Positions 28,310 to 41,127 of a stretch of 64,000 nucleotides of DNA are shown one piece after another. The first letter of the stretch is position 1. Each line of letters starts with the position of its first letter. The position numbers were made by a program, and so were the translations under genes. Where the stretch lies: NCBI RefSeq assembly GCF_001194135.2, contig NC_068990.1, forward strand, positions 5,092,028-5,156,027. Reading direction: 5' to 3'. A model generated the notes under the pieces. It made no database searches and was not told where the DNA came from. It saw only the letters and a list, made by a program, of their open reading frames with translations. Source of the stretch: Octopus bimaculoides. Its lineage: Eukaryota.

Positions 28310-28771
28310 ATGGAGTCATCACAGAGCTGACAGCTCCATAAAAATGTGCTGATCTCTCAAAATGGATGAAACACATGGAAGTAGGAGACTCAGAAATACA
28401 TGGGATGAAGTGCTGAAGAATGACCTAAGGAAGCTGAACCTTTGAGGTGAGATAACAAAGGACTGAGATACCTGGCACCTTGCCATACTCAAGAAGACCC
28501 ATACTCCACAGTAGAAGTATTAAGACCAATCTTTCCAGTGGTGTAAAGCACTCCTGGCAGTGCCACGTAAAAATACCTGTGTGGTGCCACATAAAAGCAC
28601 TCAGTACACTTTGTAAAGGGGTTGGCATTAGGAAGGGAATCCAGCCATAGAAACCATACCAAATCAGACTGGAGTCTGATGCAGCCCTCCAGTTTACCAG
28701 ATCTGGTCACACCGTCCCACCCATGCCAGCATGGACGACAAATGTTAAATGATGATGATGATGATGATGAT
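28310..28771 (+). mobile_element. RTE LINE 3' end
   Basis: TWDEVLKNDLRKLNL C-terminal peptide, 3' UTR related to 36770-37033, (GAT)n tail. Confidence 0.75.
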
Positions 28772-30739
28772 AACTTTCAAATCAGTACATATTAATATTG
28801 TTCAGTATGTGATGTGTTTTATACATTGTTACATCTGGTCAAGATAATAGAAAACCCAAATTTCCTAGTTTATCTATTGATTCTTCCTGATATTTTTTTC
28901 AACTGCAACTAAGTTTTCTCCAACTAATTTAGCTACATGTGTTTTAAAGCAGTCTTTTGCCACTGTTGTGTCTGTCTTTGGACGACGGTTGTCACTCTCA
29001 CAGATATTGTTATATTCTGAAGTCGTTGACAGAATGGCTTTATTTGGCACTATATGACTCCCACTCAGTATCACAGTAGAATTGTTATATCAGCACAAAC
29101 ACGACTATCAACACAGTGTACACATACTCTCAACCTTCTGACCTTCTACTGTTGACCAGCTACTGGTCTATTCATAATGGCTGGCTACTACTACTTTTTC
29201 CCTGGAGGGGTGTAGAGTTTCACTATACAACATGTCATCTATGCAATCTAAAATGGTAACAATTTTGGAATCTTTATGTTTGATATCTAAAAGAGACTTG
29301 GAAAACTTTGAAGAAAAGTGTAGTGGATCTCAAATTCCTTGAAAAAACATTACTGTGGTATCGTTTCATTGAGACAGATGCATTGTACATAGAAAATATG
29401 TATTGGCTCTTGTCAGTTGGATATAGTTAAGATTCATATATCAACCATCAAGTAATATAAGGTGTAATCAGCTCTATACCACTGAGGAAATCCTCTACTA
29501 AAAGTTATATGTTTGACAATCATCAGCATTATTTGACAAGACAATAACATTTCTGAAAAAATACCTTAACTTAGAGTATAAAATATATCTTTTGTGTTTT
29601 CTTATGAGGATTTATTTAAAACGTATTCAAAATGTATTCAAAATACAGATGAGTTTAGCTAAGGTCATAAATTTAAACATTGAACAATATAAAATAATAT
29701 TTCCATTTCGTGGAAAGCTCCCTAGAGTTGAATTATATATTGAATTATATGCCAATCAATTCCAACAACTTGTCCAAATATCTTAAGTGTACAAGATATT
29801 CATTGTCTGCTTGCATAAATGAAATTAATGCAAGCTACTAATATTTGATTTAGAAAAGAACCAGAAAATAGTTAAAGAAATGTACTTTGCGTTATTTAAA
29901 CCCTTACAAACCACAACGGCAACAATAGCCATTGACATATAAAATGAGAAGGGTAAATTATGAGTAGACTTGCATAAGAAATAAGTGTAACAAATTAATA
30001 GATGACAAACGAATTTTCTTTAGAACTTTTATTTAAATATGACGAGTAGAACTGTATGCTCTCTAGAATCGTGAATTTTCATAGATATTCAAAATGATTT
30101 TTTTTTTTACAATACAAAATAGAGAAAGAATTTTAAAGATTTTGAAATTTTCCTAGGAAAGTTTATAATAATTTTAAAAAATTTATTGGTTAAAATTATT
30201 TCTTACAGTAACTGATTAGAGTCTTATGATTTCATATCATCCGACCGACAAATGTCTCTGAAAATAATGCTTTTGTGAAAGATGCCAAATGATATTTTTA
30301 AAGTGCACCATTGAAAGGAGGAATTGAAACTTTCTCATTAATTATTTTAAGTACTTTTAAATTAGTTAAATTTATTTCAGTCAGAATCAAAGCTTACTGC
30401 TAACCAGAATCATTCATAGACTGTGAAATACTAAACTGTTGTTTCTTTATCTGTACATTGCATCAAACATTTTAACCAAGTTTTATTGATCAAATGTTTT
30501 GTTGTCAAGCAAAGATTTAGAATGGAATTTTTTAAGAATACAAAACAACTAAATTCATTGATCAATAGTTAGTTTGCCATTTACACACAAACACACATTG
30601 CTGTAAGCCCTGTTACAAACTGAATGAAACTAGATAAGTCAAAGCTTTGTGCTAGTAAACTGTTTCGTTTAAATGATTTATATTGTGAGAGGAAATTCTG
30701 TTCAGGAGCATAGAATTGTAGATTTTTAAAGATAGAAGT

Positions 30740-31700
30740 AAAATGGCTTCAGCAAAGGTAAATCAACACTACCTGCCATTAGAAGAATTATAAAAGGGCT
30801 CAGAAACTCCAAACAAAAGGCATTATTCATGCTTGTGGATTTCTCCAAAATATTTGGTAGTGTTAATAGAAACATTATGTTACATATCTTGCTGAACTAT
30901 TGTATCCCACATGAGATGGTCAAAACCAACACCACCATGTACAAATACCCATGAAACTATGTGCAAATCACAGATGGTCCAAGCAAAGAGTTTCCAACAT
31001 CAGGAAATATTCAGAAAATGTTAGCTTTTTTGCTCTTTGTAACTGTAGTACAATACATCCTTAGGTTCCACCCCATCCAAGAGAAAAGACAAAAGCCTCA
31101 CCATAAAGAAGAAGCACTCTAGACATCAATAGAGTGTATCTTTCTGACCTTAACTATGCTAAATATTTTGCTATCACAAATTTATCAACTCTGCAATGCA
31201 CAAAGTTTGTTAATATCCTTTGAGAATACTACAACCAAAGTTGATCTGTTTCTCAATACAATACATACTGAATACATGCACATGGCCATCAATGTAGACG
31301 AAAGTCACCTGTCATCTTGTTGCAACAGAACACAAAGAGATTAGTGACTTCAAATACCTTGAAGTCAATGGCATCAAGTAATTCATGGTTGACAATTAGA
31401 AAGACTTCTTAACATGAAAGGCTCTATCCTGGAGTGCATGCAGCAAGTTCCAAAACATCTAGCCATCGAGAATTTCAATATCAACAAGATTTGCCTTCTT
31501 CAGGGCACGTGTAGAGAGTATTCAATGAAACTAAATGACTATCCAAGCAGATCTATGGGTTGGAGAGTTGTCACCTGAGTGGTACAGAGGCGTCATCTAT
31601 CAGGAATAGCAGGGAGTCACCAACAAATGGTAGATGCAGTGAAACATTGTAATAGCTGCTGCTTCTATAATTACATTTTTTGGTTTAGCAGACCCTCTCA
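30740..31700 (+). mobile_element. decayed RTE-X/RTE LINE reverse transcriptase
   Basis: AIRRIIKGLRNSKQKALFMLVDFSKIFGSVNR, SDLNYA (YADD equivalent), AQSLLISFENTTTKVDLFLN..TEYM, DFKYL, KALSWSACSK in the expected order. Confidence 0.7.
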
Positions 31701-32543
31701 GTGAAGCATAGTCTGTTCTTGTAAAGCAAGACTGGTGATAAGAGAATCATTATTTGGATAGGCAACTTCACAGTTGATGTGACAACATCACATAAGGACC
31801 AAAGCAAATGACCTTGGCATGCCATCTCATTTTCACAAATGTAGTACATACACAAAAATTAATTTATCACGATTCCCCTTATAGTGAAGAGAGGATATTA
31901 GCTCAATGCTTAAAACTGATCAAAGCAGGAGATGACATCACACTCTGAGTGACATACAGCAAGTATATTCAGATAGGTTCATATTTCTCTTAATATACTC
32001 AATTAAAACTATCAGTCTTTACAAACAGTAGACTCCAAAGTCTTTAATATCTTTTCATGGAGGTCACAAATTCATTAAAAATACACTTATTTCATAACAA
32101 AAGCTTGAGAACTGAAAATATTTAAAAACCAGAACAGTTGCTTATCTCTTCAAAGTGTCAATGCAATTCACTTTGAGGTACAGTTCATACATTTGGGACT
32201 ATACAACTGCAACACATAAACATTCTCAACTGCATCTAAGATAAGGACTTCTGCCTGATTGCTAAACCCTTACTAACCAACATGTGACAACCACTAAGCT
32301 GCAGGTACATGGCATGTCCATTTTATAATGACTACATTGATTTTATGTCACTTGAACAAGGAAGGTTTGAACCATCACACCTAATTCTTCTGTCTTTCAT
32401 TTTCATTATTCCAAATGTGCCATATTTACCAAATCTCACTATAAAGTTTTCTTAAACAACCCACTCTAAAACCAGCTAGAACTCTTCATGTCAAGCTTTT
32501 CCTCGTAGAATTTCAGTTTGAACATCGATCAAAGTGAACTTAC

Positions 32544-32583
32544 AAGTCCACAGAGTCTACAATCACTGCTCCTTTTTTGTCAC
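32544..32583 (-). CDS. candidate 40-nt internal exon (phase 1 to 2), DKKGAVIVDSVD
   Basis: Acceptor TTCTCATTTAG|, donor |GTAAGT; other two frames contain stops; phase-compatible with the 43679-43785 exon. Confidence 0.5.
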
Positions 32584-33478
32584 CTAAATGAGAACATTTT
32601 TAAAAAATGTTCGCATTTAGATAGTCTAAAATCAAACATGAATTTTGTTATAACTTCCTATTTTGAGTTTAAAAGTAGCTGAATTCAAATTGATAAATTA
32701 TTGTTGTTGAAGGTGATGCTGAGGATAAAGATAACAACATTGAGAACGTTTGAATGTTATCATTCCCTAATGACAACACTACTTAATTTGCTGAATATTT
32801 GCTATTAAAAGTAGGAGGTGTTAAGAGGAATACTGTACTGACCACATACTCATCTCATTTGCAACATATTTAGATAATAATGGCAAGCAGAAGCAGGTTG
32901 CATTGCCATAGAGGAAGTGATTGAAGATAAGGACAACCATAATATAAATGGAGTTAAAGGATATATAAAAAAAACATTGTTACACATTCTCAATGTGTTA
33001 CATTCAACAGAATTTCTCTAGTCCTAAATTTCTTTAAACTAAGAGAAAGGAAGATAAGAGAAATATTTACTGATTGTTTGTAGAAATTAAAATCTTTCAT
33101 CTTTGCATGCATTTAATAGCTTTCAAATTGCTTAGTATATGCATTGATATTGCATAAATGTGTTTCTAATAGCTTTGTACAAGTGTTGCTGATATTTCCA
33201 AAAGTGTGTTTATATATGAGAAAACCAGTGGGAATATGCATGTGAGTATAAACACACTAAGTCACACTTAAAAATGTGTAATAATGACATGGGAACAATT
33301 GCTTTTTACAATGTTTGTATTTTCATTTCTCACACTTTAATTTATGTCTTATCACTTCAAAGAATTATGCTTAAATATATATAACATATATATACATGTT
33401 TTTATGAGAGTTTTAAGTTCCTTTCAGAATTCAAATCAGTTTCAAACCAATCAATGTATGCTTTTATGAATGTATGCA

Positions 33479-33480
<2 letters not shown>

Positions 33481-33530
<50 letters not shown>

Positions 33531-33548
33531 TGTGTGCATGTGTGTGTG
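33481..33548. repeat. (GT)n microsatellite
   Basis: Direct reading. Confidence 1.
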
Positions 33549-34689
33549 GGTTGTGATTCTGTAGAATTAATGTTTTTTTTTTTTTTACAAAAGGCCTCCA
33601 AGTAATTTAATATTTGCTAATCTTGCTTTAAATATTTTTTGTATCTCTATTTATTTTTCATGTAGCAAATGCAGAAAGCTGGCTCCAGTGCAAGCAGCCT
33701 AAGTCTACCTATGTAATATTTTCTTTTGATTTTATGAATTCTTGAAACTTTGACATATACCAAGTAGCCTTGCTATTCTTTCAGGCTCTTATAAATTTTG
33801 CAAATGCTAATGAATTGGTAACTATTTCACCTCTTATCTGAAATATGGGTGTCAGTAAATAAGGTCAATTACCAATGTTTGTCTCAATACAAAAGAATGA
33901 CACAAACCAGGAAATTATTATTAGAACCTATTGTTTACTTGATTAGCAAAATTTCTTTGAACTGCTGTGTCATATTCGTGTAAAAAAAAAAGAACAGTAC
34001 TTTATGACCTAATTTCTGTTTTATCAGATTTTATCCCAATATGAAATTGATTGATCACAACTAATATGGAATCAAAATAAAATTCATTGCATTAAACAGA
34101 ATTAAATGAAAACGAGGTATGGAAACTGTGTCAAACAGTTTATCTTTGTTGTTTTCTTTTTTTAATCTTTATCTCAATATCCATTTCTTGATTGGTATCT
34201 GGAATTTGAAATATTTTCTTGAAATCTAGGATCTAGACTAACCCATGATTGAAAACCAAGCCAACTTATAGGACATGTACCCCATATCTTTTATATTCAG
34301 TTACAATGTATGTATGAAATCTATTGTAACAAATCATAGGTTTTAAAATTAATTTTGTAAGTTCCTTCTAACATAACTAAAATAATATATACTTAGTATT
34401 GAGTCAATAAATCTCATTTAGTCATCACTATTATCTTTCAATTTAGGAGAACCTGATTAGACTATTATCATTGAACACAGCATTACTTCAAACAAAGTGA
34501 GAAAAAAAACATGTTTTATAACCTAAAGAAAATTTGCTTTGAATTTTCTCATTATTATTTATAAAATAAACTGTTTCACAACTGGCTCTTTAGCAATAAT
34601 TATGAATCTTATGCAATTTGAAATTTGCTATATTAATTTGTTATGAAATTTGTGATATTAATTTGCTATATTGTATAATAAAGGCATGT

Positions 34690-34900
34690 ACCCTTGTAGT
34701 TAGGGCGCTGGGCTCATGATTATAAAGTCATATGTTTCAATCCCTGCACTGGGTGGCCCATTGTGTCCTTCATCAAGATACTACATTTCATATTACTGTC
34801 ATCTACTCAGCTGAAAATGAGTACCAGCCTAGTACTGGTGCAGCCCTGTTCGCTACCCTGGCTTTCACCCCTGGATATTCTGGTGGACTAAGGATGAGAA
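34690..34900 (+). mobile_element. CORE-type tRNA SINE, decayed
   Basis: tRNA-like head, then TGTGTCCTT...CTACTCAGCTGAAAATGAGTAC. Confidence 0.5.
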
Positions 34901-34926
34901 GGCCAAGAAGGTGTCTGCTCACAGTT

Positions 34927-35574
34927 ATGTATTGCTGGACAACTTCTTGCTTATCAGTCAGTCTTTCTACAGATGTGGTCTAGGATTTTTATGAGTATGT
35001 ATGAGTGGTAGCAGCACCATCCTACCTAAAACTAATAGCAAAACATGATGCATGCTATCAAGTCTTACTCACTTGAAAGTGACAAAATGCTTCCTCACAC
35101 CTAATTTCAACCTTTATATGTAATCATCCGTACATGTCTTGAACAATTAAGAGACATTTTGATATTTTTTATTGGTTTTTGTGTGAAGGAAGTTCTAAGT
35201 TGATAGCTATAGGAATAACTTTACAGAGAAAGAATTGTACTGAGAAAGAATTTCAAGGGAGCAACAGTTTGAAAGGAAGGACTGAGTGTTGTGGTGAATC
35301 CATGACTTATTAGGTTGGATACAATAAGGATGACAGAAGTGAGAGATAAATGAGTTGGGAGTGTATGAGAAAAAGTGGTATGAGACCAGCTATATCCAAG
35401 GAGCAGAGTCCTCAGTAGTTGTGATAGATGAAGTAGAAAGATGAGATAACATGTATGTCAACCAAAGTTTGAAATGTATTGCTGGACAACTTCGTGCTTA
35501 TCAGTCAATCTTTCTACAGATGTGGTCTAGGATTTTTATGAGTATGTGTGAGTGGTAGCAGCACCATCCTACCT
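34927..35574. repeat. 101-bp direct duplication (34927-35027 and 35474-35574)
   Basis: Three mismatches by eye; copies offset by 547 bp. Confidence 0.95.
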
Positions 35575-35924
35575 GAGTGTGGGGTATTCCATTGAGAGTA
35601 TCACCTGAGCTTTATTGAAAGTTATTAGTTGTTGAAACTGAAGTTGCCATTTCCCATGACCAACCAAATTTAAGAATAATACTTTGTTTATACTGCTAAC
35701 ATCATAATAAACTTCATTTTATTTATGAAACTCCAATTATATCATAATTCCATTAAGCAAGTTACATACTCTGACCTATTCTATTCACTTCTTTAATTAA
35801 ACATTTTAGCTACAGACTATGCTCAACTTAGGTTAGTAATTGGTTCCAAGATGTAACTTAACTGGAAAAATGACATTACATGGAAAAGAAAGCATTAAAA
35901 AAAATTTGTTTAGTTTTTGTATGT

Positions 35925-37033
35925 GGCAGATGTTCAGGTGCAATAAACACTGTAAACAAACAGGAAACAACTTCTATCTCATTCCAGGGAGAAAAACTAG
36001 AGGTAGTCGATAGCTTCCGCTATCTGGGTGACCAAGTTAGTAGTGGGGGTGGGTGCGCTGAAAGTGTAACCACTAGAATAAGAATAACCTGGGCCAAGTT
36101 TAGAGAGCTCTTACCTCTGCTGGCGACAAAGGGACTCTCACTCAGGGTAAAAGGCAGACTGTATGACGCNNNNNNNNNNNNNNNNNNNNNNNNNNNNNNN
36201 NNNNNNNNNNNNNNNNNNNNNNNNNNNNNNNNNNNNNNNNNNNNNNNNNNNNNNNNNNNNNNNNNNNNNNNNNNNNNNNNNNNNNNNNNNNNNNNNNNNN
36301 NNNNNNNNNNNNNNNNNNNNNNNNNNNNNNNNNNNNNNNNNNNNNNNNNNNNNNNNNNNNNNNNNNNNNNNNNNNNNNNNNNNNNNNNNNNNNNNNNNNN
36401 NNNNNNNNNNNNNNNNNNNNNNNNNNNNNNNNNNNNNNNNNNNNNNNNNNNNNNNNNNNNNNNNNNNNNNNNNNNNNNNNNNNNNNNNNNNNNNNNNNNN
36501 NNNNNNNNNNNNNNNNNNNNNNNNNNNNNNNNNNNNNNNNNNNNNNNNNNNNNNNNNNNNNNNNNNNNNNNNNNNNNNNNNNNNNNNNNNNNNNNNNNNN
36601 NNNNNNNNNNNNNNNNNNNNNNNNNNNNNNNNNNNNNNNNNNNNNNNNNNNNNNNNNNNNNNNNNNNNGATCATTGCCAGTGCCCCTGGCAATAAGATGT
36701 ACCATCCTGAGCGTGACCGTTGCCAGTACCGCCTGACTGGCCTTGTAGGGTTTTCGAGCGAGATCGTTGCCAGTGCCCCTGGACTGGCTCTTGTGCGGGT
36801 GGCACATAAAAGACACCATTTCGAGCGTGGCCGTTTTCGTGCGGGTGACACGTAAAAGCACCCACTACACTCTCTGAGTGGTTGGCGTTAGGAAGGGCAT
36901 CCAGCTGTAGAAACTCTGCCAAATTAGATTGGAGCCTGGTGTAGCCATTCGGTTGCACCAGTCCTCAGTCAAATCGTCCAACCCATGCTAGTATGGAAAG
37001 CGGATGTTAAACGATGATGATGATGATGATGAT
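35925..37033 (+). mobile_element. young 5'-truncated RTE LINE with internal N gap (36170-36668)
   Basis: CGRCSGAIN...LEVVDSFRYLGDQVSSGGGCAESVTTRIRITWAKFRELLPLLATKGLSLRVKGRLYD, typical of the RTE post-RT region; repetitive 3' UTR; (GAT)n tail. Confidence 0.9.
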
Positions 37034-38124
37034 ATTTGTTTTAATTAAGGGTTTGTACATATTTTCACATGTAATTTATTTGATTTTCCATTTCAGCATT
37101 GGTTTTTAAGTGATCTTTAATTTTATGCTTTTAAATATGATTAGCAAAACCAATATAAAATCAAGATAAATCAACTGAAATTCAAGTCTTCATTTTTTTT
37201 TCCATTAATTTCTTTAAAACAAAACACAAAAATAAAATGTCATAGTTAATAAAGATGTAACTCAAAATAATATAAGCTGAGGTATACCTGTTTTGAGAAT
37301 TTCAAAACTTGGTTCTTTTTGTTTTTAACAGCCTTTTGTATATAAACCATAATGTTCTATCTTCATCATCTACTATTTCGTGTAATGTCACTTGTTAACA
37401 GCATCATTATCTTATTCTTATTCAAGTAAATGGCATTTTTTCAAAAATATCTAAGTGCACTTCAGTTATTCCAATTTTGTCTTCCTATTTATTTCTTGAG
37501 CTGAGAATGCATGCAGTATTTCATACAAGCAATCAATGTCTATTTTCCCGTTATACACATTTAGCAGCTATGAATTACCCTTTATTATCGTTAGTAAATG
37601 AAGTGTTGATGAAGCTAACTTGCTGTTATAATGTATCCATTATACTCAAAGTGGTTCAGTTTCATGAGATTAATCAAATAAGAGATAAACACCCAACAAT
37701 ATTTATCCAAGAGAAATAATATTCGAAGAGGATTATGTGTATTTTGAATAGCTAAATGAAATGAGGCACTCAAAATTAAGCATAATATACTGTGTACACG
37801 TAAATGGTATTAGGAAATTTGCTATACAACCATGTGATTCTAGGTTCAATTCCACTGTACAACACATGCACCAGCCCCCATCCACACACATATACACGCT
37901 CTCACATACACAAGCACATGCACCTTCGTTTTGGAATCACCACTAGTTTGTTATCTCCCCTTCTTCCTAGCTCTCCTGTGTGATCCCTCTGTCCGGTATT
38001 CGCCATGATAGATCGCTATCCACTAAACCTTTTTTATTTTCTCTCCCTGTTTATTTCTATTTTTATTTATTCATTCATGGGTTTCAGCCAACTGGCTGTG
38101 GTCATGCTGGAGCATCACCGTGAT

Positions 38125-38262
38125 GCTCATGATGTTCGTTTCTGTTGAAGAGTATAGGTTCGAAACGTAAAAGACTTTCTCACTTCCCGAGCATTAAACT
38201 AATACATCTGTTTGTTGTTTACACACCTGTCTTCATCTTTTGTTTTTTTTGTAAATTCTCAC
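38125..38262 (+). mobile_element. Penelope-type terminal repeat fragment with hammerhead-like motif
   Basis: CTGTTGA-A-GAGT-ATAG-GTTC-GAAACGTA at 38142-38169, followed by a T-rich tail and (TA)n. Confidence 0.45.
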
Positions 38263-38295
38263 TATATGTATATATATATATATATATACATATAT

Positions 38296-39052
38296 AAAGT
38301 GCTCTGCCCATTGTGCTCTCTGTTCTGGAATAATGCTTCCAGTCTTGTCTTTGACTGGACAGCTGGGGTTGCTGGCTTCTCCAGAGAGTGTTCTGGTGAT
38401 CTCATACAGTCTCTTCGTGTTCCTTTGGACTGCTGCAGTCTCTGTCTCCTCAGTCAGCTCCCCAATGAAATTTCTCTTGTCCTTCCTTGCACTCGTCTTC
38501 ACATCCTGGTTTTTCTCCCAATAAATGTGCTTGTAGTTTTTGCTTCTGTTCTTGATCTTGTGTCTGGCTGGCTGGCTGGTCTTTCAGTTGTTTTCTCTCT
38601 GTGATCAGTTTCCATGTCTCTGTTGTTAAGCACTCCCTGCGTTTACTCATCTTCTTCCTCAGGACTTTTGTGCATGTTGTCCTCCAGACCTCACTCAGAC
38701 TGTGCCACTGTTCTTCTATTGTTTCCTCTGGTAATTAAGAAGGTGCACTGAACTTATTCTTCAGTTCAACTTTGAATCCTTCTGCTATTTCTTTCTCTTT
38801 CAGGTTGTGTACATCGTACTTGTGTGATGATCTTCCTGCCTGGTCGTTGTAGGCTTTCAGCTTTGTCCTGAAAACTGCCACTACCAGGTGGTGATCTGAT
38901 GCTACGCCAGCTCCACCCTGATGTCATGCAGGCTCCTTCTCCACTTTCTGTCAATGGCGATGTGGTCAATCTGGTTCTCAGTCTGGCCATAAGGAGAAAT
39001 CCATGTTGTCTTGTGGATTTCCTTGTGGGGAAAGGCAGTGCTTCCAATGATG
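38296..39052 (-). mobile_element. RTE LINE fragment (BovB/SR2-like): APE endonuclease C-terminus and linker
   Basis: [47 protein letters not shown] and RLYEITRTLSG...PVKDKTG...QWAEHF; frameshifted. Confidence 0.9.
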
Positions 39053-39269
39053 CAAATAAAGAAATAAAACTACTTGGGTTTGATATACAAAATATATATA
39101 CATGTACAAATGTAAATAGAGAGAAAGCAAAAACTGAAAATTTTCAGATGATGTATATTCAAGTATAAATATATAGATATTTATATATTAACTTGGAAAA
39201 CTTATACAGAGTACAAAAGGCAGAAAAATAATTATGTATACCGATTAATTATTTCTTTTCTGTTGCTCT

Positions 39270-39780
39270 TCCCCCTTTTGTATATTGTCAGCTGCCACTT
39301 ACTCTCACGTACCTTTCTCCAACTTATATGTATCATTGATCATTCCTCCACCTTTGTCCATTTACTACATCCTCTCCTTAAACTTAACCAATCTCTACAG
39401 TCACCACCTACTCTTCCCCAACTTCTCCCCAACATATATTTATCATTGACCACCTCTCAACCCTTGTTCTTCACACCATCACTGATTTCCTGTCTCGAAT
39501 CATCCCTCATTCTTCGCTTACTCTGGCAAGTTCTACCCACCCACTAACTTTTCTTTGCCATCTTGTATCTTCACTGCCATCTTGTATCTTGACACCTCAT
39601 CACTATTTTATCGCTTTCCAGTTCCACCTTACTTACTCCTGCTAACTGTCTCACTCTTTCATAGTGTAAGTAGCTGCATAGTTTCCCTACAGCAAGGAAC
39701 CAATTCTGGACCCTTCTTTCATACTTCAACCTCTCATCTCCTGGCATAAAACTTCTTCCTTCTCTACCAAAGATACACTC
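39270..39780 (+). mobile_element. possible Penelope-like RT N-terminal remnant
   Basis: YLSL/DH...HTITDFLS fragments and C/T-rich coding strand. Confidence 0.35.
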
Positions 39781-39999
39781 AGTCAATTAGCAATGGATGA
39801 CAGAGCCAGTGCATTTAAAACAAATATGCAGCATTTTGTAAAGTTGCCTCCCTTTAAGTTGGGTTAAACTTGCCTTTCTTCTTCTTCTTCAGTAGGGAGA
39901 TAAGATAAGTTTCAGACAAAATACTGATGCTGCCCAGTCACAACCATTGTCCAATGACTGAAACCAGTCAAAGAATGAAAAATAATATGAATTCTCTTG

Positions 40000-40182
40000 G
40001 ACACGTCAAAGCACCCACTACACTCTCTGAGTGGTTGGCGTTAGGAAGGGCATCCAGCTGTAGAAACTCTGCCAGATCAGATTGGAGCCTGGTGTAGCCA
40101 TCTGGTTCGCCAGTCCCCAGTCAAATCGTCCAACCCATGCTAGCATGGAAAGCAGACGTTAAACGATGATGATGATGATGAT
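40000..40182 (+). mobile_element. RTE 3' end, young
   Basis: Near-identical to 36847-37033; (GAT)n tail. Confidence 0.9.
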
Positions 40183-40439
40183 TGAGTGGGTGGGTAATTA
40201 AAAATTTATGTTTACCATCAATTTCATGGTGTAAAGAAAATTACAGAAAATTCCTCACCTGAATAAGTTATCAGTCAATAATATAACATTTCCAAATAGT
40301 TTATAGTCATTCAGAATAGCTGAACTTCTGTATTAACTTAGTCCAAAAGGAGCCTAACCACAAGCTGTAGATATTTTCATTTAAACTAATGGCATTGAAC
40401 TTTAAAATAAAATAATTTATATCCAACATAAGTAGCTTT

Positions 40440-41090
40440 TAATGCATCTGAACTTCTTTAGGTTGAAACAGGTAGGAAAATAATGCACAAAGGAGTTCCA
40501 GTGTGCTGTAGTTCTAGAAAGAAAAGTTTGAATAATGTATTTAGTTTAAGGTTTGACAGGTAAGATTCAGTAAAGACAGGAGTAGGCCACATTGGCTGAA
40601 GTTGGTGGAAACAGTACAAAAATGCTAATTCATAGAATATAGAAACATTGTAAAATGTTAGGAGAGTACAACACTTATTTGTTGCAGCATGTTGATGAAT
40701 GAAGGTACTAATAGATTTTATTTTAATCTAAAATTTTTGTTTGTGTATGTAGTTGCTGCCATGTTTCAAGTATGTAAATAGTATTCTACTCTGGGTTGTA
40801 CTTGCACCTTGCAGATAGTCAACAATTGTTCAAAACAGAAGTATTTTCTATTTGTGAAGAGAAAATTTAATTTTTGAGATGCTGTTTTTGTCTGTTACTG
40901 ATGTATGGACACCAAGAGCAGTATTGACAGGGATTTTCCTTGATATGGGACAAGAATGACAGTTTGATGATGTTGAATGTCACACTGTTATCATGTGCCC
41001 ATTATAAGATGCTTTCAATATCTCTGTTCATTTCATTGGGGTATGTTTAGCATGAGGTGTTCAGGGACAAGTTATCAATGAGATAATGTA
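40440..41090 (-). mobile_element. decayed CR1/Daphne-like LINE 3' region
   Basis: KVQVQPRVEYY (cf. KAQIRP.LEY) and FLSRTTAHWNS..FPTCFNLKKF (cf. SFFPRT..LWNSLP..FP..YNL..FK). Confidence 0.55.
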
Positions 41091-41127
41091 GAATAGTTTT
41101 CTGTCCAAAAATAAAATCAACAATCTA

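Noticed and set aside
30218-30268. Minus segment with good acceptor and |GTAAGA donor
   Set aside because: All frames contain stops
36138-36861. 230-270 aa ORFs
   Set aside because: Span the N gap; the only real coding part is the RTE fragment
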